From Saprolegnia diclina VS20 (taxonomy: Eukaryota), in NCBI RefSeq assembly GCF_000281045.1, contig NW_008246080.1, positions 195,844 to 259,843 of the forward strand: a stretch of DNA of 64,000 bases, given 5' to 3'. Under the pieces are notes generated by a model. The model was not told where the DNA came from, did not search any database, and saw nothing but the letters and a program-made list of their open reading frames with translations. Positions 11,061-23,316 of the stretch are shown here, one piece after another (position 1 is the first letter of the stretch; the number at the start of each line of letters is the position of its first letter). A program made the translations under genes and the position numbers.

Positions 11061-13277
11061 GCAGCAACAGCAGCAGCAACAGCAGCAGCAACAGCAGCAG
11101 CAGCACCTTGCGTACCCGCACCACCACCAGGCCTACCCCCCGGACGCGTCGAGCGGTCCCTTGCCTGTGGCGCCATTTCCGAGCAAGGGGCGCGACGTGC
11201 AAGACCTCTCGGAGCAGAACGAGCTCTTGCGCCGCGAGAACCAAAAGCTCATCGAGTGGGTCGATCGCCTCACGCGCCGCGTCGACGAGCTCAGCGCGGT
11301 CGAAGAGACGCTGCGGGCGACCCAGTACAAGTACCGCAAGATGGAGTCGCAGCTGCTAGATTTACAGGCGCAGCTGGCCATGGCGCCCAACAGTGTCGGG
11401 CCCAAGAGCGGTCCGGGCTACGCGCGCACGACTCTGCCGTACCACCACCCTGTGCCCGAGTACCGGTCCGACTTCAACCCGAACGCACCGCGGTACGGCG
11501 CACCGCAAGAGCTCCCGCGGCCAGCGTACGCGCCGCCGCCGCAAGCTGAAGAACCGCCGGCACCGCCCGCGCGGCCGGCCAAGACGTCGTCGGGGCGGTA
11601 CTTTCCCAAGGGGTATGGACAACCGTACGAGGCCCCGACGCCGGCACCGGCACCGCCCGCCACGTCGCACGCGTCGACGTACGCACAGCATGCGGCGTCG
11701 AATCGGCATCCGGGGCTTCACGTGATGCCGTTGCCGCCACCCCCGGGGCGAGGGCCCAACCCCAACGCCGGTGCCAGTGCGCCCACAAGTGCACCGACCG
11801 CGGTCACCAACACCTACCGCGGTGGCGCGCCGTTCGAGTTTCCCAAGCCGAGCGCGATGGGCTTTGGGTCGCAGCGGTCGCCCGCGGGTCGCGCGACCGG
11901 TCCGTCGCCACGCAACAGTGCGACGCTCGCGCCGTTGGCCAAGCGTCCGCTGCTGCAAGAGAAGAGCAGCAGCAACAACACGCCGACGTCGACCGGGCTC
12001 AAGGGCCCGATGCCCGTGACGACGCCACCACGCGCGTCGTACCGCGCCGGTGCGCATCCGACCAAAGAGCGGAGTCTGTCGAACGAAGACGACGAGGACA
12101 AGGGGGCGCACCGACCGACGACGACGACGACGACGGACGCCGGTACCAACGACAATGATGAGGTGCCGATGCACAAGAAGCAGAAGCGGCTCTCGCCGTG
12201 GGAAGAGGCCGCCGTGCACCAAGCGGCCATGTACCGTCGCGCGCAAGAGGCCGAGACGGACGCGGCCGACGTACTCAAGTCGATTCGCCAGTCGGACCGC
12301 CCGCGGTAGGTCTATCGCTGTATATGTCGTCGTAACACTCGAGAATACACACTCTTGGCTTAGGTTGTCGCCGCATGCAGCCCACAAGTCGTCGGATGGG
12401 ACGGACAAGATTGGGGTCTATACGCCGCGGAGCCGCCGCCTCCTCCTCGAGCGCTACCACCTCAAGCGCACAAAGCGTCTCACGCGCCACAAGTGGTTCA
12501 AGTACCCGGTCCGGAAGACGCTCGCAGACTCGCGGCCCCGGGTGAAGGGCCGCTTTGTCAAGAACGACGAGCACGATGGCAGTCCGTCGTCGGCGCACTT
12601 TGACGACGACAAGCCGCCGATCGCTGTGCCCAACGACTTTGACTATATCCAGGCGTTTGCAGCTTGTGTCAAGGACACACAAACCTCGGTCGAAGACGTG
12701 GTCGCCGACATTGTCGCCGCCAAGCAGCGCCAGGGCGAGCTCATCTCGTGGGACTCGTACGACACTCTTCTTGTGATCGATTCTGAGACTGGGGTGTAGG
12801 TGGACGGTCGAGCTCGAGCATGCACTGATCGCGCTCCTCCCAAAAGACTATGCGAGCTCACCGTTCCCGGCCATCTTTGCCGAGCTCGTCTACATCCTCG
12901 GCGACGCCGAAGAGGAGTGCAACCAGGCCAACTACTGCAAGGCGCTGCAGGCCGCTGCGATCTACGTGGCGATTTGCCTCTCGCTCTTTACGAGTCTGGA
13001 CCCGCCGTCGTCGTATGCCGGTGACGCCGACCTCTCGCCGATCGTGCGCTACTACCTCGCGTCGATCGAAGAGATGTACCGCAGTGCGCCGCGCGTCGAG
13101 CGCCGCCACACGTTTGCACTCATGAAGGCGATTGTCGATGGCATCGCCGGCGTCATCTGCACGGGCTTTGAGCACGGGAAGCGGTACCTCCGCCCTGTCT
13201 CGATCCCTGCGATCCTCGCCGCCGCGCCGCCCAGTACCAGTAGTAGAAGTCCCGACGACGACGAGTCGGCGTTGTAA
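10217..13277 (+). CDS. PHD finger + polyQ/Pro-rich + coiled coil + CCT-domain nuclear protein
   Basis: Introns 10315..10360, 10564..10609, 12306..12363 and 12757..12799 keep frame. PHD: CELC..LICDACDKVYHTYCLVPPLKAIPAGDWVCPKC. CCT: IGVYTPRSRRLLLERYHLKRTKR..KYPVRKTLADSRPRVKGRFVK. Basic NLS-like and acidic tracts near the N-terminus. Confidence 0.8.
11008..11103 (+). repeat. CAG/CAA tract encoding 32 Gln
   Basis: 96 nt of uninterrupted CAG/CAA codons. Confidence 0.95.
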
Positions 13278-13502
13278 CAGTACCACCAACCCAGTCATTT
13301 TTCAACCATTTTTGCATGCTGTACGAAAGACGCCCTGCAAACCTGCCACGTCATGAGATGACAGTTCAATGACGGCGGTGGGTCACGCGATCCGGCTCCT
13401 CGACGAGAGGCAAGCACTGCAACGGTGAGTTGTCGCCGGGACCTGCGACGGGATTTGCGGATCTTTTTTATTTTATTTCTCAACCTCAACCTCAACCGCA
13501 GG

Positions 13503-14201
13503 ATGACCATGCGCCATGGCCTGTACGTCATCGGGGCGCTTCCGACGCACGGCGGGCTCTGGACGTCCGAGGAGGTCGACCTCGTCAAGTTCCTCATCGA
13601 CATCTTCACGCGCGGCTTGCTGCAGAACGTGCCCGAAGGCACCAAGCTCGGCGCGTGGCTTCCGTGCGTCATGAACTGCACCAAGCGCCGCCTCTTGCGC
13701 AAGGCGATCGCCGACCGCCAAACGCTCAGCCTGGTGTACGCTTTCAAGCCCACGGCGGACGTCAACTTTGCGGCCCTCACTGCGACGCTCGAGAAGCTCG
13801 TGGCCGACTTTTTAGCGACCGCACCGTTGCACCGCCAGCGCGGCGCCAAGAAGGTCCGTCGGTGCATCATGGCGGACGAGCACGCATCGCCGTCCATGAA
13901 GCTACGCGCGTGCTCGCCGCCCGCGACGATGCAAGACACGTGGGTTGCACGAGAGAGTGTCTCTGCTTCGTACGACGCCATGCCACCAGCGGTCGCCAAG
14001 AACGACCATCAGCCCAAGGCCAGCCCATTCGAGCTTCCGAGCTGGTGCAGCATCGATCTGGACCACTTTGCGTCGCTGGACGACGACGTGGCGGCTGAGA
14101 AAAGCCTCGTTCTCGAGCTCGACGCGTGGGCCGCCGAAGCCGTGCAGTGGATCAACGTCGATGCCAGCACGCTCCTGCTCGACACCATTGCCTCCACCTA
14201 G
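13503..14201 (+). CDS. Putative transcription regulator, unnamed Myb-like WTxEE...LNC-PMRISKK family, copy 1 (diverged)
   Basis: GLWTSEEVDLVKFLIDIFTRGLLQNVPEGTKLGAWLPCVMNCTKRRLLRK; acidic-hydrophobic C-terminus. Confidence 0.75.
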   Translation: MTMRHGLYVIGALPTHGGLWTSEEVDLVKFLIDIFTRGLLQNVPEGTKLGAWLPCVMNCTKRRLLRKAIADRQTLSLVYAFKPTADVNFAALTATLEKLVADFLATAPLHRQRGAKKVRRCIMADEHASPSMKLRACSPPATMQDTWVARESVSASYDAMPPAVAKNDHQPKASPFELPSWCSIDLDHFASLDDDVAAEKSLVLELDAWAAEAVQWINVDASTLLLDTIAST

Positions 14202-15008
14202 TCATCTCGTTCGTTTGTCTGTTATAATGTGCTGTGCATGTCTTGCCCATCGACGATCCTGCTGATAGCATTGATCTTGCGCCTTCAACCGTCGCGTCTT
14301 GCACCCATGTTGCATCGCGTGCAGCGACTGCAGATGGCACGCCGGGCTTTGCCGCCGACGTCACTCGGGGCGTCGGTGGGCGCTCGTCGGGCGCTCGGCG
14401 GCGGCCGAGCCTCCTCGGCTTCTTCAAGGTCGAGGGCCGGGGACCGGGCGCTTGGCCGCATTACGCAACGCCTTGAACCACCGCGGGCCAATGGGGAGCG
14501 CACAGTGGCATCTTGCGTACCTCGGCTTCCTTCAACTGCGTCAGCTGCGTATTTGTCGTCTCACCTCGTTAATCACCCCACGTGGCACCTTCGCACCCAA
14601 CTTGGTCCGGGTCTGCCTCCTCCATTGCGCGACGAAGACAGGCTTGTACACGCGGCTTTCGGCAGCTATCTATAGAGGAGACGCTGTGCATTTGACCATG
14701 CATGGCGGGAGGGCGATGCACCGCGGCCAAAGCGGCCATCGGCCGATGCTTGGTTGCATGGGCACGCCACCGCTTGCGTCTTGCGCACTTGATAAGGTTG
14801 AAGAGCGTTAATGGCCCGATCAGCTTGCCATATTTATTTGTGCAGATTTTATGTACGATACAAATATTGAGTGTAGAAGAACGAAACGATGAAAAAACGT
14901 GTCGTGGGGCAGGTTGAAGTCGATAGATTTTATACGTTGGCCGCACTTCAAACAGAGTTGGACGATCGCCAGCTGGCTCGACGCATTCCCCCACCGACGC
15001 CGACGACG

Positions 15009-15980
15009 ATGGCCCCCAAGGCGAAGCAAGAGAAGAAGCCCGCGCCCGAGCCGGCGCGGCGCATGGGCCCGTGGACGCCCGAGGAGGTCGCGTACACGCA
15101 CCGCCTCTCGCAGGACTTCCAGCTTGGGCTCCTCGAGGACGTGCGCCAGGGCATGTCGCTCCGGCAGTGGCTCAGCCACATTCTCAACTGCTCGCCCATG
15201 CGCATTAGCAAGAAGTTTGAGGTCGAACCGTCCCTCCGCGCGCGCTGCAACTATGTGGTCAACTGGCAGCGTATCAAGAGCCTCACGCCCCACGAGGCGT
15301 ACGTTCGCAAGAAGGAGCTCGAGACGCTCGAGCGCAACTTCAAGAAGAGCACCGAAAGCCAAGACTATGTGCGTCTCATGCAGTCCATGCGCAACTGCTA
15401 CGACAAGTACCGCAAGGGCAAGACGAAAGGTCGCGGCGCCAAGCGCGGCAAGGGCAAGGAGCCGGTCGGCGCGCCGCCCCGGAAGAAGAACCCCCGGCGC
15501 TGCGCCACGACGCCGGCGTACGACGAAGCGACGTCGTCGTCGTCAGCCTCGTCGCCCACAACGTCGTCGACGCTCTCGCCACCGACCTTGCCGATGCTGC
15601 CGCCACTGACCGCGCCGCCGCTCCCCTCGTTTCCATCGAGCAAGCAGCAGCTTCAAAAGGTGCAGCAGTTGTCGTTGCCAGCGCGCCGCGACATGGTGGA
15701 CCGCCTCGAGGTCCACGCCGTCTTCCACGAGTACCTCGTGCTCATGCAGCAGCTTCAGACGTCGTCGACCGACGTCCGCGACAACCTCTCGGCGCTGCAA
15801 GCGCGCATCGAGCGCATGAGTGTCGAGCAAGGCATGACACCGCTCACGATCGGCGTCCTCAACTCGATCCGCGCCGGGCTCTGCATCGCCGAAGCGCTCA
15901 CACCGACGACGGAAGAGACGCTCAATGATTCGTCGGCGATCGAGACGCTGCTGCGGCTCTCGCGCGCGTCACCGGCATAG
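15009..15980 (+). CDS. Same family, copy 2
   Basis: GPWTPEEVAYTHRLSQDFQLGLLEDVRQGMSLRQWLSHILNCSPMRISKKF; basic NLS-like stretch; intronless. Confidence 0.85.
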   Translation: MAPKAKQEKKPAPEPARRMGPWTPEEVAYTHRLSQDFQLGLLEDVRQGMSLRQWLSHILNCSPMRISKKFEVEPSLRARCNYVVNWQRIKSLTPHEAYVRKKELETLERNFKKSTESQDYVRLMQSMRNCYDKYRKGKTKGRGAKRGKGKEPVGAPPRKKNPRRCATTPAYDEATSSSSASSPTTSSTLSPPTLPMLPPLTAPPLPSFPSSKQQLQKVQQLSLPARRDMVDRLEVHAVFHEYLVLMQQLQTSSTDVRDNLSALQARIERMSVEQGMTPLTIGVLNSIRAGLCIAEALTPTTEETLNDSSAIETLLRLSRASPA

Positions 15981-16471
15981 TGTTGAGCCGTCGCCCTGTC
16001 TCTCTTCCTCCTCTATCTATCGATCGCTGTACATATACGTGTGTGTGTTCCTACTCTGCAGCGTGCAGTGCTCAACGAGGCAGCGGCGGATCAGGCCAGA
16101 CCGGGTGGCTGCGATCTTTCCATAATCAAGAAACATCTGGTGGCGTCTCGCGCTGCCACGTATGCGTGTAACCGCCTCGCTCAGCTTGGCGGACGGCGAC
16201 TGCACGACGCGCGTCGCCAGTGCTGCGACGGCGCCATGCTTCGAACGCGGCAAGCCCGTCGAGTCATCTCCGTCTCGCAGTTGGTCACGCTGGACGCACC
16301 AAGTCCTAGCGATTTATTCGTTGAAGTCGCCGGCACGCAGCCACTCTCCATGCAACCGGATCCCACGCCGACTGCTTCTCGAAAGTATCTTACGAGATCG
16401 AACGCGGTCGATCGAGAGCGAGCTGAAGTCGATCAGTTGCCAACCTTCCTCGCACACCACGACTCGCCGCC

Positions 16472-17878
16472 ATGGCCAAGGCACGATCCAAGACCAAGAC
16501 CAAGGCGCCGCCGCCGCCGCCGCCGCCGCCGCTGCCGCGCACCGAGCGCGCAGGGCCCTTCACGCCGCAAGAGGTCGTCTACGTCGAGCAAGTGGCCGAC
16601 GACTTTCGGAGCGGGCTCATCGACGACGTCCCCAATGGCACGCATCTACGCCAGTACCTCAGCATGCTCCTACGGTGCCAGCCCATGCGCCTTAGCAAGC
16701 GCTTCATCATGTCGTCCAACACGCTCGGTCTTTGCATCTACAACGACAAGTGGTACGATGGTACAACAGACAAGGCGGCCGCCAAGGCGCGCCGTGAGGC
16801 GCTCCGCGTCGATTTCGAGCAGTCGGTGCTCACCACCGCGCCGTACGTACCTCCCAAGACGTCCAAGCACGCCAAGAAAGCGCTGGTCAAGTTGCCCGAG
16901 CGAACGCTGCCGGCGCGGAACAAGAAGCGCAAGGCCATCGTCGTCTCGTACCCGGAGAGCGAACCCGACCTCGGCGACCACATTGGCCGCATGAGCATCC
17001 ACCGGCTCCTCGCGTCGACGACCAAGAAGAAGCGCCGCGTCTCGACCCAAGAAGCCATGCACCTCATGTCGTTTGCCCGCCGTCTGCGTGACAAGGTGGC
17101 AGCCGAGCCGCCGGTCGTTCTCTTTGACCCGCCCCCAACGACACAGCGTCGCGCGCGTGCCAAGGTCGACGCGGAGAAGCCCAAGCGCAAGCGGTCACAC
17201 GCCAAGCGCCGTACTGCGCGGCCGTGGGACTCGTCCTCGGCGGATGAGAGTGAGACGGAGACCGTCGCGCGGCCGTGGGAAGCGCCGTACCGGGACCTCA
17301 AGGCGGTCGAGTTTTCCTTTCGAAAGCGTACGCGGTCCGCCGTCTCGTACAACGACGTTCTTAGCAACGACGACGACGATAACGAGCTCGTCGCGCCGCC
17401 GATGCAACACGGTAGCGATCTACCGGCGGTACAGGACACCGGTGTAGACGTTCACGACCACATAGCGCTCGTCGAGACCGCATCACATATCGACGACGAG
17501 CGCCTGGGCGGCGGCGAGTCGCTCCTCGTTGCCGACAACGACCATGTAATGGGGACACCGCTCGGCGCACCTGTCACCGACGCCGACAACGACACCATCA
17601 CCGACGACGACGCGGCCGACGACAACGCGTCGCAAGATGAGCAGACGGGCGACGAGCCGGCGTTTGCGGCGTTCGCACCGAGCGCGTCGGACGCGTTCTT
17701 GACGCTCGAGACGGTCGACTTGGACTCGTTCGAAGCGATGGATTTCGAGCACAATTTGTTTGAAAAAACGATAAAAATGGACGCCGCCATGGACGCGATC
17801 GAGATCGACATCCTCACCGACTTGAGCTCGGACTTTGTCGAGCTCGAGATGCCCAGCGTCGTCACCTGGACCCTCTAG
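16472..17878 (+). CDS. Same family, copy 3
   Basis: GPFTPQEVVYVEQVADDFRSGLIDDVPNGTHLRQYLSMLLRCQPMRLSKRF; several basic clusters; long acidic tail. Confidence 0.85.
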   Translation: MAKARSKTKTKAPPPPPPPPLPRTERAGPFTPQEVVYVEQVADDFRSGLIDDVPNGTHLRQYLSMLLRCQPMRLSKRFIMSSNTLGLCIYNDKWYDGTTDKAAAKARREALRVDFEQSVLTTAPYVPPKTSKHAKKALVKLPERTLPARNKKRKAIVVSYPESEPDLGDHIGRMSIHRLLASTTKKKRRVSTQEAMHLMSFARRLRDKVAAEPPVVLFDPPPTTQRRARAKVDAEKPKRKRSHAKRRTARPWDSSSADESETETVARPWEAPYRDLKAVEFSFRKRTRSAVSYNDVLSNDDDDNELVAPPMQHGSDLPAVQDTGVDVHDHIALVETASHIDDERLGGGESLLVADNDHVMGTPLGAPVTDADNDTITDDDAADDNASQDEQTGDEPAFAAFAPSASDAFLTLETVDLDSFEAMDFEHNLFEKTIKMDAAMDAIEIDILTDLSSDFVELEMPSVVTWTL

Positions 17879-18704
17879 GACCCTTCTCTTCGTGTTTGCA
17901 TCGTAAAACTCATGAATTCGATTCGCATTTCTGTTGCCAAGGTGGATGATCATGCGTCTGGTGGACCTACACTTGAGTCCCACCCTCTGGATCATCTCAT
18001 CTGCATGTCTCCGTCATCGGTTGCTCATCATGACGTGGAGCGACCTCACCAATGTGGCGACTGCCGATGGTGCTGCCATCGCCGAGGCCGCGACGGTCGC
18101 AGTCTATCCAGTATGGGGCTACGGCGCCTCTTGTCAACCGACGCGGTGCGGTACGACCGCAGCGACGCGTGCCGATCCCTCTCCGCGATGGATGAGGCAT
18201 ACGTGCGCCGTGTCCTTCAACGTCCCTTCCTCCACGTGTACGAATGTACTATCCAGGATCGTGCCTACTTTGCACCATGTCTCTCGACCTCCATGGGCGC
18301 TGTCGCGTCGCACGTCGGGGTATCTCCATGGCCCGCCGTGACGCGGTCTCTCTCGGCCTCGCCTCGCCCGCCATGGCGCCTTTCTGCAAGGCGCTGCCGA
18401 AACCATCTGCTTGCCGACGTCCTTGCGCATCGGCCGCCCATGTACGTATCGCCATGCGACGTCTTGTGCATGGCCTGTCGGCCGCGGCGCCGCCATGATG
18501 CCCCCAGAACCTGAATGGCCGTCTCGGAAATCATTTACCTCTCAAAGTTGATACCCCCTTGAAGTAGGGGTAGGTGCCGAGATTCGGAATCCAAATCCGA
18601 TACAACCGCCCAGTCATTGGCCGCTTATCCGGATTTGCTATCCGGATCGTTCAAACTGCGGTTCACAGCGCTTGGCCACTCGAATCATTTCGCCATCATC
18701 CACG

Positions 18705-19698
18705 ATGCTTCGCCAACCCAAGCACGCTGTCCGCGCCATGTCGGCGTCCGCCAAGGTGTGGATCAACAAGGACACCAAGGTCATCTGCCAGGGCTTCACC
18801 GGCAAGCAGGTACGGCGCATGCGTTCACGGTGGCCATGGAGGCTCATGGGCATGGCTACACTAGGGCACGTTCCATTCGGAGCAGGCGATCGCTTATGGC
18901 ACCAACATGGTGGGCGGCGTGACGCCTAAGAAGGGTGGCACCACCCACCTCGGCCTGCCCGTGTTCAACACGGTCGCGGAGGCCAAGACGGCGACGCAGG
19001 CCGACGCCTCGGTCATCTACGTGCCGCCGCCGTTCTGCGCTGCCGCCATCATTGATGCGATTGAGGCCGAGATCCCGCTCATTGTCGCCATCACGGAAGG
19101 CATCCCGCAGCAGGACATGGTCAAGGTCAAGTGGGCCTTGGCGCAGCAGAACATCTCGCGCCTTATTGGCCCCAACTGCCCCGGTATCATCAAGCCCGGT
19201 GAGTGCAAGATGGGCATCATGCCCGGTTACATCCACACGCCCGGCAAGATTGGTATTGTCTCGCGCTCGGGTACCTTGACGTACGAGGCCGTGCACCAGA
19301 CGACGTCGACGGGCCTTGGTCAGTCGACGGTCATTGGCATTGGCGGTGACCCGTTCAACGGCACGGACTTCATCGACTGCTTGGAGCGCTTCACGAACGA
19401 CCCGGAGACCGAAGGTATCATCATGATTGGTGAGATCGGTGGTACGGCCGAGGAAGAGGCCGCCGAGTGGTTGAAGGAGTTTGGCAACCCCAACAAGCCC
19501 GTGGTCAGTTTCATTGCCGGTATCACGGCGCCTCCGGGCCGCCGCATGGGCCACGCCGGCGCGATTGTCTCCGGCGGCAAGGGTACGGCCGAGGGCAAGT
19601 TCGCCGCCTTGGAAGGCGCCGGCGTCACGGTCACGCGCTCGCCGTCGCGCCTCGGCACGACCATGCTCCAGCAGATGGCTCGCCGTGGCCTCAACTAA
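18705..19698 (+). CDS. SUCLG1: Succinyl-CoA ligase alpha subunit, mitochondrial
   Basis: Presequence-like [13 protein letters not shown], then [16 protein letters not shown] (intron 18810..18864), [16 protein letters not shown] and the phospho-His motif RRMGHAGAI. Confidence 0.97.
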
Positions 19699-19935
19699 GT
19701 AGAATATAATTCCATGTATTCGAGCCTGCGTCATCCATCCCTCGACAACCCATCTCGTACGATCCAGCAACGCGGAAGGAGCTGGATATGCCATCGTCCC
19801 CGTCGTCTTCACGTCCCAAGGATCTGTCCTTCTTGTTGGCCGTTGGCCGCGGATCGCCAGGATACGCCGACCTGCCAACAGAAAAAAGCCGTGCTTTTTG
19901 ACCAATCACGAACAGTTGCGAGTCGGCCACGCACG

Positions 19936-22900
19936 ATGAAGCGCAAGCGCGACGACCTCGAGGCGACGACGACGGCCGGCGAGGGCCACGACGAGAAGCG
20001 GGCCTGCGAGGGCATCGCCGACGACGCGAGTGCCCATGGCTACGCGGTCGGCGCCCGGGTCATGGTCTTCGGCAAGTACGCAGCGGTAGTACCTTGATGA
20101 GATCGCGCCATGTACCATGATGGCCTCTCGTCTAGAGCATTCGGTACCTCGCACCGTCCGACGGCCTCGCTGGCGTCGAGCTGGACCGAGCGGTGGGCAA
20201 CTGCGACGGCACGTTCCAGTCCCAGCGGCTCTTTTCCTGCAAGCCGCACCGTGGCATGGTCGTTCGCCTCGAGCAGCTGCAGGTGCCCACTCGCCTCGCC
20301 ATGTACGTAGCTCAAGCGTCTTCCATCGGTAGGTGTTTTCGCCGCAAGAAGCAGCCGCGTGCACGATCCAGGCCGTCTGGCGTCGGCGTCGATGCCTCCG
20401 CGCGGTACTTCGCCATATGCGCAATCGCTTGGTCTCTTACGCTCGTGTGTAGTTTCAAACGCTCGTGCTCACGTCGTCTTGGAACGTTCTCGACAACCAC
20501 AACGAGCAGCTCAACCTCAAGCGGGCCGAGCTCACAAAAGGCGCGTCCGACACGCTCCTCGCATTGGCCCAGCAGCGGCGCGAGGTACGCCTGTCCCGGC
20601 GCTTCTTTCGCACACAGATGCTAGGCCCACCCGCCGCTCGTCCGAGCCGTCTCGCGCCTGCCTGCGAGCTACTCTGGCCCCACGGTATCCTTGCCATTGA
20701 CGCTCGCGTCGGTGCTGTCGATGCTCGACGCGTTCAAGCGCAGCGAGCCACTCCACGCTTCGTACGTCTCCATGTCTCTACTTCGCACGCGGATGCATCT
20801 AATGGCTAGGTTTGTCTTGCCCATTCTGGACGCCGCGATCCCTCTCTTTGCGTCCGAGTCGACGGTCCAGCACATTCGACTGCCGTCGACGGCGCACAAG
20901 CTCACGATCGTCGGGGATCTCCACGGCCAGCTCCAGGACCTCTTTTGCATCTTCAGTGCCAACGGACTTCCGTCGCCCGCCAACATGTACCTCTTCAACG
21001 GCGACTTTGTCGACCGCGGCGTGTACGGCGCCGAAGTGGTGTTGACGCTCGTGAGCTTCAAGCTGCTGTACCCCAACGCGGTGTTTCTCAACCGCGGCAA
21101 CCACGAGTGTCGCAACCAAAACGGCTGGATGGGCTTTGAAGAAGAGATTCTGCTCAAGTACAAGTCGGACGACGTGAAAGCGCAAGCAACGACGGTCCTC
21201 GAGCGCTTTCAGGTACCATTTCTCTCTGATAGATTGATACTTTATTTCTATGTATTCTAGACGTGCTTTGATGCGCTGCCACTCGCATCGGTCGTGCTCG
21301 ACAAGATCTTTGTGGTGCACGGCGGCCTCTTTGGCCAGCCCCGCGTGACGCTCGCCGACCTCGCAGCGATCCCGCGCCGACGCGAGCCGCCGTTGCACTC
21401 GCAGCACCCCCAGGACAAGCTGTTTGAAGAGCTCTTGTGGAGCGATCCGCGTCAGATTCGAGTAGGCCACATGGTCCCCGTCCCATATCTCATGGTCGAC
21501 GTTCGTAGGGCCGCCAGCCGTCGTTGCGGGGCGCGGGCGTCGAGTTTGGCGACGATGTCACGGTCGAGTTTTGCGCCACCAACAAGGTGGCGCTGGTACC
21601 GACTCTTACCTAAAGTTGGCGGTCGTTCAGCGTCCATGGCTGTAGGTGATTCGGTCGCACGAGTGTGTGCCCGAAGGCTACGCGATCCAGCACGGCGGCC
21701 GACTCATCACGCTCTTCTCCGCGTCGCGCTACTGCGGCACGCAGCTCAACCAAGGCGCGTACTTGACACTCGGCGCCGACTGCAAGCCCGAGATCCAGCA
21801 GTTTATGGCACCGACATTGGGGCAGTACGCCAAAAAGGACGTGCTCTTCGCCGTCGCGTCGTCGCCCGAGCTGGACGACGACGGGTCGTCGCACCTCGAG
21901 ATGAAGAAGGCGTCGCTCGAGGGCGACTTGCTGCGCATGATTGCCGAGCGCATTTGCGACCAAAAGACGGAGCTCTTTTTGTATTTTACGCAGCACGAAG
22001 CGCCGGATGCCCCGGGGCACGTCTCGCGGCTCGCGTGGGCCGATGCGCTCAGGACGGTCCTGGCACTGGACGTGCCGTTCTTGTTGTATCAGCCCAAACT
22101 CACCGAGACCGAAGGCGACGGACGCATCAACTACTCGAGGTATATTTTGCGATTGCTAGGCNNNNNNNNNNNNNNNNNNNNNNNNNNNNNNNNNNNNNNN
22201 NNNNNNNNNNNNNNNNNNNNNNNNNNNNNNNNNNNNNNNNNNNNNNNNNNNNNNNNNNNNNNNNNNNNNNNNNNNNNNNNNNNNNNNNNNNNNNNNNNNN
22301 NNNNNNNNNNNNNNNNNNNNNNNNNNNNNNNNNNNNNNNNNNNNNNNNNNNNNNNNNNNNNNNNNNNNNNNNNNNNNNNNNNNNNNNNNNNNNNNNNNNN
22401 NNNNNNNNNNNNNNNNNNNNNNNNNNNNNNNNNNNNNNNNNNNNNNNNNNNNNNNNNNNNNNNNNNNNNNNNNNNNNNNNNNNNNNNNNNNNNNNNNNNN
22501 NNNNNNNNNNNNNNNNNNNNNNNNNNNNNNNNNNNNNNNNNNNNNNNNNNNNNNNNNNNNNNNNNNNNNNNNNNNNNNNNNNNNNNNNNNNNNNNNNNNN
22601 NNNNNNNNNNNNNNNNNNNNNNNNNNNNNNNNNNNNNNNNNNNNNNNNNNNNNNNNNNNNNNNNNNNNNNNNNNNNNNNNNNNNNNNNNNNNNNNNNNNN
22701 NNGAGGCCGAGTCGGCGACGGCGCGTGACGTGGACCCAAGCACGATGGTGGCGCTCGTGCAGATCGGCAAGGCGTTCTTCCAGCTCGACGGGTCGCTTCT
22801 CTCGAGCTTTGAGCGCTTTGACACCAACCACGACGGCGTCCTGCAAGCACACGAGCTCCACCAAGCGCTGCAGCAGCTCGGCCTCGACTTTGCCGACGAG

Positions 22901-23290
22901 CTCTTCCACAAGGTGTGGCGCGCGATCGATCTCGATGGTGGCAACACGGTCGACTACAAGGAGTTCCTCGCAGCCTTTAGCGTGCAGGACAAGCGCATGT
23001 CCGCGTCGGCGCTCACGTGGCAGCAGACGATTCTGCAGCAAGTGTCGAACGTCCTGTACCAGCACCGGATCCACATGCGGTCGGCGTTCCGTCTCTTTGA
23101 CCAAGACAAGAGCGGAAGCATCTCGCGCGACGAGTTCCGCGCTGGCATCTCGACGTTCAATGCCATTTTGGACAAACCGCTGAGCGACGACCAAGTCGAC
23201 GCGCTCCTCACGCACCTTGACGCGGACGGCGACGGCAACATTAGCTACAACGAGTTCCTCGAAGGCTTCCAAGTCGTAAGCATGGAATAG
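19936..23290 (+). CDS. PPEF/RdgC-type Ser/Thr phosphatase with N-terminal CAP-Gly-like domain, IQ motif and C-terminal EF-hands, copy 1 (spans the N gap)
   Basis: CAP-Gly-like GVELDRAVGNCDG..RLFSCKPHRG; IQ-like AACTIQAVWRRRR; PPP motifs GDLHGQ, GDFVDRG, RGNHE, VHGG, IRSHE; EF-hands DTNHDGVLQAHE, DLDGGNTVDYKE, DQDKSGSISRDE, DADGDGNISYNE. Confidence 0.88.
22162..22702. other. Assembly gap (541 N) inside phosphatase copy 1
   Basis: Run of N. Confidence 1.
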
Positions 23291-23316
23291 GAGAGTGGAT
23301 TAGGTATCTTGGCGAC

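Noticed and set aside
17912..18514. 200-aa ORF
   Set aside because: No motif, atypical composition and no supportable gene model.
21294..23272. ORFs running through X stretches
   Set aside because: Artefacts of translating the N gap.
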